64,000 bases of DNA, taken from positions 106,732-170,731 of the forward strand of contig JBAYFL010000009.1 of the NCBI GenBank assembly GCA_041667205.1, in the 5' to 3' direction. The translations under genes were made by a program, and so were the position numbers. The notes under the pieces are model-generated. The model was given only the letters and a program-made list of their open reading frames with translations, had not been told where the DNA came from and ran no database searches. The DNA is from Verrucomicrobiia bacterium (GTDB lineage: Bacteria > Verrucomicrobiota > Verrucomicrobiia > CAIQCK01). Of this stretch, positions 55,286 to 62,549 are shown piece after piece (the first letter of the stretch is position 1; every line of letters begins with the position of its first letter).

Positions 55286-56695
55286 ATGAAACGAGAATCT
55301 TCCTACATCACCCGCCGCCGTTTCCTCACCGGTGCGACCACAGCTGCGGCGTTCTCCATCCTGCCGGGCGTGCGCGGCCAGACGACGCCGAACAATAAGC
55401 TCAACATCGCCGGCATTGGCATCGGCGGACAGGGTTCCACCGACCTTCGGAGCATTGATGAGCAGAGTCCGGGCGAGAACATTGTTGCGCTTTGCGACGT
55501 GAACGCGGCTCACGCGGCGCACACGTTCAAGAAGTATCCGAAGGCAAAGGTGTTCAAGGATTATCGGAAGATGCTCGACGAGATGAAGGAGATTGACGCC
55601 ATCGTCGTTGGCACGCCGGACCATCATCACGCCTTTGCCTCGATGGAGGGGTTGCGGCGCGGCAAACACGTCTATTGCGAGAAGCCGCTCACACATTCGG
55701 TCTGGGAGGCGCGTCAGGTGGCCGAGGCGGCGCGCAAGGCGAAGGTGGCGACGCAGATGGGCAACCAAGGCGCAGGCTCGGAGGAGACGCGCCGGCTCTG
55801 CGAGTTGATCTGGGCCGGCGCCATCGGCAAGGTGCGCGAGGCGCACATCTGGACCGACCGCCCGTCGCGCGGTCTTATGCACGAGTATTGGCCACAGGGT
55901 GTGGAGCGGCCCAAGGAGACGCCGCCGGTGCCGGAGACGCTCGATTGGGACCTTTGGCTCGGCCCGGCGCCGGAGCGGCCTTACAATCCCGCCTACCTGC
56001 CGTTCAAATGGCGCGGGTGGTGGGACTTTGGCACCGGCGCGCTCGGCGACATCGGCTGCCATGCGATGGACCCGGTCTTCCGCGCGCTCAAGCTCGGCGC
56101 GCCCACGAGCGTCGAGGCCGTGTCCACGCGCGTGAACAAGGAGACTTACCCGCTCGGCTCTATCGTCACCTATCATTTCCCCGCCCGCAGCGCGGAGATC
56201 CAGAAGCACAACCCGCACGTGGCCGGCCTCAGCGGCAAGAGCGCGGGCGCGGTGGAGATGCCGCCGTTGAAACTGGTGTGGTATGACGGCGGCCTGCGCC
56301 CGGCGCGGTTCGACGGCGTGCCGGACGGTATCGAGATGGGCACCAACGGCCGGCTGCTCATCGGCGATGCCGGCATCATGCTCGGCAGCTACATCTACCC
56401 CGAATCCCGCCGTCACGACTTCCACAAGACGCCGCAAACCATCCCGCGCGTCAAAGGCCACGCCGCCGACTGGATTGAGGCGTGCAAGACAGGCAAGAAG
56501 TCCGGCGCAAACTTCGACTGGGCCGGCCCGCTGGCGGAGGCCGTGCTGCTCGGCAACGTCCCCTTGCGCGTTGAACTCCGCCAGAAGCTGACCCTGCATT
56601 GCCTCCAGTGGGACTCCGCCAACCTGCGCTTCACCAACATGGACGAGGCCAACCAGTTCATCCGCCGCGAGTATCGCGCCGGTTGGACGCTCTGA
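55286..56695 (+). CDS. Gfo/Idh/MocA family oxidoreductase, TAT signal
   Basis: ITRRRFLTGATTAAAFSILPG, NIAGIGIGGQGS, VYCEKPLTHS. It is colinear with 16022-17383. Confidence 0.85.
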   Translation: MKRESSYITRRRFLTGATTAAAFSILPGVRGQTTPNNKLNIAGIGIGGQGSTDLRSIDEQSPGENIVALCDVNAAHAAHTFKKYPKAKVFKDYRKMLDEMKEIDAIVVGTPDHHHAFASMEGLRRGKHVYCEKPLTHSVWEARQVAEAARKAKVATQMGNQGAGSEETRRLCELIWAGAIGKVREAHIWTDRPSRGLMHEYWPQGVERPKETPPVPETLDWDLWLGPAPERPYNPAYLPFKWRGWWDFGTGALGDIGCHAMDPVFRALKLGAPTSVEAVSTRVNKETYPLGSIVTYHFPARSAEIQKHNPHVAGLSGKSAGAVEMPPLKLVWYDGGLRPARFDGVPDGIEMGTNGRLLIGDAGIMLGSYIYPESRRHDFHKTPQTIPRVKGHAADWIEACKTGKKSGANFDWAGPLAEAVLLGNVPLRVELRQKLTLHCLQWDSANLRFTNMDEANQFIRREYRAGWTL

Positions 56696-56808
56696 GGTCT
56701 GAGTGGTCGGTTTCGCGGCGTGCGCTGGTATTGCTGCGCTTGCATGTTTCTTCCGGTTTGGATAAGAACTGAAGCCGTCAGGGAAGGTCAGCGACGGGAG
56801 AAAGCATC

Positions 56809-58947
56809 ATGCGCGAACTCATTGGTCAGCGAATCGGCGACTACGAGATTCTTTCCGAGATTGGTCGCGGCGCGATGGGCGTCGTCTATAAGGCGCGCCA
56901 GTATTCTCTGGACCGTCCGGCGGCGGTGAAGGTTCTCTCGCCGTTGTTCGCGGCCGATGAGGGCTTCATTGAGCGGTTTAAGCGCGAGGGGATGATCATG
57001 GCCTCGATCACCCACACCAACATCGTCTCGGTTTACGAGGCTGGCTCTCATCTCAACCTCGAAACCGGCGAGCGGCTCCATTACTTCGCCATGGAATACG
57101 TCGAGGGCGAGTCGGTGCAGAGCCGCCTTAAGCGCCAGGGCCGCATCACTCCCGACGAGGCCGTGGCCATTGCGGTGCATGTGGCGCAGGGCCTGGAGTG
57201 TGCGTGGAACAAGGCGCGGCTGATCCACCGTGACATCAAGCCCAGCAACATCTTCCTTTCCAGCCAAGGTGACGTGAAACTCGGCGATCTGGGTCTGGCC
57301 CGTTGCGCGGGCGACATGCAAGCCGGCAAGAGCCTGACGGAGACGGGCGGCATGATCGGCACCGCTTACTACATGAGTCCGGAGCAGGCGCGTGGCGAGC
57401 GCGACATTGATTTCCGCAGCGACATCTACAGCCTCGGCTGCACGCTCTACCGGATGCTGTGCGACAGGCATGTCTATGAAGGCGCGTTCGCCAGCGTCGT
57501 CGTCCAGCACTTGACCGAGCCGCCGCCGAACCTTCGGATGCAGTTGCCGGACTGCCCGGTGGAGCTGGCGAAGTTGATCGAAAAGATGCTGGCGAAGCAT
57601 CCGAGCGGACGCCACCAGAACTATGACGAACTGATCACGGAACTTCGTCGCGTCCACAAGTTGCTGACCCAGCCTAAAGCCGCGCCGACGCTGCGTCCGC
57701 GAGTGAAGAGGACGCAGACGCCGTTGACTTACGGCGTCGTGGCGCTCGCGGCGGCCGCGATTACTGCCGGTGTGTTTGTGTGGGCTCCGTGGAAGGCCGA
57801 GCCTGAAGCGTCGGAGCGCGGAGCATTGAGCGTGCGGCCGGCCCCGCGTGCAGCAGAGCTGGCGCCGAAAGAGGCGGTTCCTGCGGAAGCGACAAAGCCT
57901 GCCACACCCGCCGTCGTCCCAATGGCGGCGACTCCCCAGGCCAACGCCGCCGTGGCTGTCGTCGCTTCACCTGCCACACCCGACGTTCCGCGTCCCGCGC
58001 CTCCTGCCGAAGCTTCTGCAAAACCCGAAGCAAAGGCTGTTGTTGTGACGCCTGCGACCATTGCGCTTGTGAAAGCCGGTCAACCGCTGCTGACCTCCAT
58101 CGGCATGGAGTTGGTTCCCATCGCGGAGGGCGAGTTCATGCTGGGCAGCACGCGCGAGGAACGGGAGTGGGCGGCGGGTATGACGGGCGGTCGTCCAAAT
58201 CCAATGTCGCTGCAAGGCGAAGGCGAAGAGCCGCGTAAGACTGTTATCCGCCAGCCGTTCTGGCTCGGACGGACGGAGGTGACGGTGGGGCAGTGGAAAC
58301 AGTTCGTGGTGGCGACCAAGTATGTGACGGAGGCGGAGAAAGACGGGCCATGCTGGGCGCCGAGTGATGAGCACACGTGGCGGCGCGTGGAGGGCGCGAG
58401 TTGGAAGGATCCGCATTTCGCCGACCCGCCGAAGGACAACGAGCCGGTGTGCTGCGTCAGTTGGAACGACGCCGTGGCGTTCTGCGCGTGGTTGAACGAA
58501 CGGGAGAAGAGCAAGGGGAAGTTACCGGCCGGTTGCAAGTTTCGGCTGCCGACGGAGGCGGAGTGGGAATACGCGTGCCGCGCCGGCAAACAGACGAAGT
58601 TCTGGTGGGGCGACGCGCAGGAGGAGGGCGAGGGCCGGCTCAACTGGAGCCGGACGCGGCGGGAGCAGCCGGCCATAACGCCGGTGGATTACCGCGGCGC
58701 GCAGGGCCGGAACGGATTCGGGCTGGCGGACATGCTAGGCAATGTCTGGGAATGGTGTCTGGACGACTTCGATACCAAGGGTGCGCATGAGGAACTTTGG
58801 ACCGGTCATGATTCCCTGCGAGTGATAAGGGGAGGTGCGTTCGGAGGCGGCCCCGGTCTGCCCCGTTGTGCGTTTCGTGAGTCCCGCCAGGCGGGGGAGT
58901 CGGCGGCCAATTGCGGGTTCCGGGTTTGTTGCGGCGTGGCGCGCTGA
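56809..58947 (+). CDS. Ser/Thr protein kinase - TM - FGE-sulfatase (SUMF1-like) domain fusion
   Basis: Kinase motifs are GRGAMGVVYKA, HRDIKPSNIF, DLGLAR and YMSPEQ. A TM helix (YGVVALAAAAITAGVFVWAPW) and an Ala/Pro linker follow. FGE-like blocks are PVCCVSWNDAVAFCAWLN, RLPTEAEWEYACRAG, GNVWEWC and RGGAF. Confidence 0.85.
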   Translation: MRELIGQRIGDYEILSEIGRGAMGVVYKARQYSLDRPAAVKVLSPLFAADEGFIERFKREGMIMASITHTNIVSVYEAGSHLNLETGERLHYFAMEYVEGESVQSRLKRQGRITPDEAVAIAVHVAQGLECAWNKARLIHRDIKPSNIFLSSQGDVKLGDLGLARCAGDMQAGKSLTETGGMIGTAYYMSPEQARGERDIDFRSDIYSLGCTLYRMLCDRHVYEGAFASVVVQHLTEPPPNLRMQLPDCPVELAKLIEKMLAKHPSGRHQNYDELITELRRVHKLLTQPKAAPTLRPRVKRTQTPLTYGVVALAAAAITAGVFVWAPWKAEPEASERGALSVRPAPRAAELAPKEAVPAEATKPATPAVVPMAATPQANAAVAVVASPATPDVPRPAPPAEASAKPEAKAVVVTPATIALVKAGQPLLTSIGMELVPIAEGEFMLGSTREEREWAAGMTGGRPNPMSLQGEGEEPRKTVIRQPFWLGRTEVTVGQWKQFVVATKYVTEAEKDGPCWAPSDEHTWRRVEGASWKDPHFADPPKDNEPVCCVSWNDAVAFCAWLNEREKSKGKLPAGCKFRLPTEAEWEYACRAGKQTKFWWGDAQEEGEGRLNWSRTRREQPAITPVDYRGAQGRNGFGLADMLGNVWEWCLDDFDTKGAHEELWTGHDSLRVIRGGAFGGGPGLPRCAFRESRQAGESAANCGFRVCCGVAR

Positions 58948-59145
58948 GTGGGGAAGTGGGCTTGGAGCGGCTCGGACGCGCTGGCGGAGGCCGTGCTGTT
59001 CGGCAATGCCCCGTTGCGCGTCCAGCTCCGCGAGAAGCTGACCCTGCATCGCCTCGCGTGGGACTCCGCCAACCTGCGCTTCACCAACCTCGAAGAGGCC
59101 AACCAGTTCATCCGCCGCGAGTATCGCGCTGGATGGTCGCTCTGA
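58948..59145 (+). pseudogene. 3'-terminal fragment of a Gfo/Idh/MocA paralog
   Basis: It encodes ..DALAEAVLFGNAPLRVQLREKLTLHRLAWDSANLRFTNLEEANQFIRREYRAGWSL, colinear with the last 60 aa or so of 55286-56695. DNA identity is about 85-90% by eye. No upstream remainder of the gene is present. Confidence 0.65.
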
Positions 59146-59250
59146 GGTTCGGGCGGCGGCTGACGACACGGCTGGGGTTGGGACGGTGCGGAGTGATGGA
59201 GCAGCTCGTGCGTTGCAGTCCCAAGCCGTCGGGTGCTACACTCCACGCCC

Positions 59251-60081
59251 ATGAGCCGAGAGCCTCTCTCCGTCATCTCCAATCTCCCAGTCCTTCTCGT
59301 CATCGGCTGCTTGACCACGACCCTTGCCGCCGCCGAACCCAACCCCGCGCCGGCGTTGCCTCCGGTCATAGCCGAGAGACTCAAGGGCAAGGACCCCGCA
59401 AAGGTCACCGACTTGGCCTTGAGGAACTCGGAAATCCGCGATGAAGACCTTGCTGCCCTCAAGCCGCTGACGCAGTTGGAGTGGCTTGACCTCTCCCGCA
59501 CGCAGGTCGGCGACGCGGGGCTGGAGCATCTGACGCCGCTGTCCCAGTTGAAATTGCTTGATCTTGAGAGCACGCAGGTCAGCGATGCGGGGCTGGAGCA
59601 TCTGAAGCCGTTGACGCAGTTGATGTCGCTTAACCTCGCCTACACGAAGGTTAGCGACGCGGGGCTGGAGCATCTGAAGCCGCTGTCCCAGTTGAAATCG
59701 CTTGACCTCACCGGCACGAAGGTCAGTGACGCGGGGCTGGAGCGTCTGAAGACGCGGACGCAGTTGAAGTCGCTTTTCCTCTCCGGCACGAAGGTTAGCG
59801 ACGCGGGGTTGGAGCATCTGAAACCGCTGACGCAGTTGAAGTCGCTTTTCCTCATCGGCACGAAGGTCAGCAACGCGGGGCTGGAGCATCTGAAGACGCT
59901 GACGCAGTTGGAGTGGCTTGCTCTCTCCCGCACGCAGGTCAGCGACGCGGGGTTGGAGCATCTGAAACCGCTGACGCAGTTGAAGGAGCTTTGGCTCAAC
60001 GGCAGGCAGGTGACGAAAGCGGGAATGGATGCGCTTCGGAAACATCTGCCGAAGTGCGAGATTAACTGGTGGCCCCGCTAA
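59251..60081 (+). CDS. leucine-rich repeat protein, secreted
   Basis: Signal-like N-terminus, then nine 24-aa LRR units (LxLxxTxVSDAGLEHLKPLTQLKS) encoded by 72-bp tandem DNA repeats. Confidence 0.8.
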   Translation: MSREPLSVISNLPVLLVIGCLTTTLAAAEPNPAPALPPVIAERLKGKDPAKVTDLALRNSEIRDEDLAALKPLTQLEWLDLSRTQVGDAGLEHLTPLSQLKLLDLESTQVSDAGLEHLKPLTQLMSLNLAYTKVSDAGLEHLKPLSQLKSLDLTGTKVSDAGLERLKTRTQLKSLFLSGTKVSDAGLEHLKPLTQLKSLFLIGTKVSNAGLEHLKTLTQLEWLALSRTQVSDAGLEHLKPLTQLKELWLNGRQVTKAGMDALRKHLPKCEINWWPR

Positions 60082-60388
60082 GCGACCGGCGGAGGAGGAG
60101 GGGGGGGGCTGCGGGGGTGTATCGGGGCGTTGGCACCACCCAACCCTAGCGGCGCTACCACCCACCCCTAGAACTTCCATGCCGGAGTCGGTGGCGGGTT
60201 CATTGGGGTTGAATGTGGGCGTATCTCGGCAGCTCCTGGTTGAGGGTTGGCTCTTCTTAGCCAGTTATGGCCCGAAAGGTGAAGCTGGCATATCAGGACG
60301 TTGGTTTCAGACCGTAATCCACTGAAAAACAGTGACTTCGGGCGCTGGGGACGTGTCGGGGCGGTGCTCGGCGAGTTGTCGGGGATTG

Positions 60389-60520
60389 CACGCACCCTAT
60401 AGGGTGTGTGCGTCCGACGTATAAGGTGTGTGCACCCTACCTATCGTGTTCTCGCGTCCTACCTATGGTTGCGCGCGCATCCTATAGGGTGCGTGCATCC
60501 TACGTATAAGGTGCGCGCGT
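60389..60520. repeat. array of six CCTA-N-(A/G)GGTG-type motifs including two 45-bp direct repeats
   Basis: The CCTA-like cores start at 60395, 60413, 60435, 60457, 60480 and 60498 (spacing 18-23 bp). The motif starting at 60395 is a near-palindrome, CACGCACCCTATAGGGTGTGTG. The array lies between convergent 3' ends. Confidence 0.55.
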
Positions 60521-60527
60521 TCTCCAG

Positions 60528-62498
60528 CTACCGCACGCGGACGAGGACGACGCCGTGCCGGGGGACGGTGGCTTTGAACTGTCCGTCGAACTTGCCGAGG
60601 TCGCGCTGACGCCAGAGGTCGCGGACGGTCTTCTTGCCGGTGAGGCCGAGGTCGCTCCACTTGGCGGTGATGGTGGCGGGCAGTTCGCCGCGGTTGCAGA
60701 GGCCGACGGCGCGGGAGCCGTCTTCCATGCGCTTGACCATGAGGAAGGTGTCGTCGGTGAGCTTGACGACGGCGGCGCTGTCGCCGAGCGGGTCCTGGTT
60801 GACCTCGATGACTTCGGGGTTGCAGAGAACGTTGAGGGTGAAGGGGTCGAGCTGGCTCATGTCGCCGCTGTAGAAGAGCGGGGCGGCCATGAGGCTCCAG
60901 AGGGACATGAAGGAATACTGCTCGGTGGGCGTGAGGGGGCAGGGTTTGGGCATTCCTTCGCCGCGCGCGTCGCCGACGTAGCCGATCTGGATGTAGTCGG
61001 GGTCGTTCCACGCGCCGGGCTTGGACCATGCGCGGTGTTCGGCGTTCTTGAGGGCGACGGCGAAGATGCGGTTCAGCTCCGCGCCGAGGTCGCCCGCGGT
61101 GCGCCAGCAATGGCCGCCGATTTCCGCGCCCCATTCCCAGACGTCACCCATGCCGTATTGGCAGAGGTTGAAGACGACGTCGCGCGGGAGGCGCTTGAGG
61201 ATGCCGCCCATGAGAATGTAGGGCTTCTTCATCATGTCGAGGCTCTTGTCGGCGGCGGCGACCTTGCTGTAGGAGCACCAATCGTATTTCAGGAAATCAA
61301 AGCCCCACTCGGCGAAGAGCCGCGCGTCCTGTTCCTCGTGCTGGTAGGCGCCGCAGTAGCCGCCGCAGGTGAGCGGCCCGGGGGAGGTGTAGATGCCGGC
61401 TTTGAGGCCCTTGGCGTGGATGTAGTCGGTGAGGGCGCGCATGTTGGGGAAGTGTTTGTTGGGGAGGATGTTCCCGGCGGCGTCGCGGAACGGGCCGACG
61501 CGGAGCGGGTCGGGCGGTCTCCGGAGATCCGCGCTCGGTGCGTTCATCCAGCAGTCGTCAATGTTCACGAAACTGTAGCCCACGTCGGCCATGCCGGTGC
61601 GCACCATCACATCGGCGGCCTCGCGCATCATGACGTCGGTGACGCGGTTGTAGTGGGCATACCAGTGGTTCCAGCCCATCGGCGGCGTGAGGGCGAGCGT
61701 GTCGCCGCTGACGATCTTGAACGCGCGCGTGACGGAGCCGTGGCGGTTCTTGGCGTGGAATGTCACGGTATGCTCGCCGCGGGCGGGGGCATTGCCGGTG
61801 ATGATACCGGTCTCGGCGTTGAGACGGAGGCGCGACGGCAAACCATCGGCAGCGAACTGGATGGGCCGCTCGCCAGTGGTCGGAATGCGGTAGATGAAGG
61901 GATGATCGGGGCGGCAACCATAGACCTTGGGGCTGTTGATGCGCGGCGCGCGGGGGGGCTTCGGCGTGAGGATGACTTTCTTCTCCGCGGGGGCGTTGAC
62001 GGTGCGGGGCTTCGCGCCGGCGACGATGAACCGCGGCTCGGCCCAGTCGGCGTGATCGAAGTTGTTGCTCTCGCCGACGTGATCCACCTTCAGCAGCAGC
62101 GAGCGAACGCCTTTGAGGTTGAGGTCCACGGCTTTCGCCGCCTCGCCACGCTTCATTGCGCCGGAGGTCCAGAGCTTCTTGCCGTCACCAATGATGATGA
62201 AGCAGGCGGAAGCGGTTTCGTTCGGTGCGCCGTCGTCCACGCCGACGGAGGCGAGAAACTTCTGTGCTCGGCCGTCGAGTTCCAACCAGAGCGTGCTGAG
62301 CGCGCGCGTGCCGATGCCGTTCTGGAACTTTTGGCCGGCGATGGAGAGTGGCTTGCCGTTGAAGGCTTTGTCCACCTTTGGCTTGCTCCAGCCCTCGAAG
62401 TGCAGGTTGGCGAGGTCGAGAGAGGTAAGGGGAACGGTTTCCGCCGCCAGACACGCCGAGGCAACGCCGAGAGTGATCGCGAAGAGGATGCGCTTCAT
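60528..62498 (-). CDS. GH27 alpha-galactosidase/alpha-N-acetylgalactosaminidase with N-terminal NPCBM module
   Basis: Signal peptide. NPCBM-like LSIAGQKFQNGIGTRALSTLWLELDG..FLASVGVDDG. GH27 core PPMGWNHWY...GYSFVNIDDCW...LKYDWC. Confidence 0.8.
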   Translation of the reverse strand: MKRILFAITLGVASACLAAETVPLTSLDLANLHFEGWSKPKVDKAFNGKPLSIAGQKFQNGIGTRALSTLWLELDGRAQKFLASVGVDDGAPNETASACFIIIGDGKKLWTSGAMKRGEAAKAVDLNLKGVRSLLLKVDHVGESNNFDHADWAEPRFIVAGAKPRTVNAPAEKKVILTPKPPRAPRINSPKVYGCRPDHPFIYRIPTTGERPIQFAADGLPSRLRLNAETGIITGNAPARGEHTVTFHAKNRHGSVTRAFKIVSGDTLALTPPMGWNHWYAHYNRVTDVMMREAADVMVRTGMADVGYSFVNIDDCWMNAPSADLRRPPDPLRVGPFRDAAGNILPNKHFPNMRALTDYIHAKGLKAGIYTSPGPLTCGGYCGAYQHEEQDARLFAEWGFDFLKYDWCSYSKVAAADKSLDMMKKPYILMGGILKRLPRDVVFNLCQYGMGDVWEWGAEIGGHCWRTAGDLGAELNRIFAVALKNAEHRAWSKPGAWNDPDYIQIGYVGDARGEGMPKPCPLTPTEQYSFMSLWSLMAAPLFYSGDMSQLDPFTLNVLCNPEVIEVNQDPLGDSAAVVKLTDDTFLMVKRMEDGSRAVGLCNRGELPATITAKWSDLGLTGKKTVRDLWRQRDLGKFDGQFKATVPRHGVVLVRVR

Positions 62499-62549
62499 GC
62501 GCGCATTCTATGCGGTGAGCCGGCAAATGGCACCAGAAAACCTGTCGCG

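Noticed and set aside
58100-58947. The FGE-like domain of the kinase as the formylglycine-generating enzyme for the locus.
   Set aside because: The two catalytic, copper-binding cysteines are replaced (GGGPGLPRC instead of C-x4-C). The domain is tethered to a membrane kinase, so it is more likely a sensor module.
60406-60609. A 67-aa plus-strand ORF spanning the motif array, with repeated peptide HPTY(R/K)V.
   Set aside because: The peptide repeat is just the translation of the DNA repeat. The ORF runs into the 3' end of the alpha-galactosidase gene on the opposite strand, and no start context is visible.
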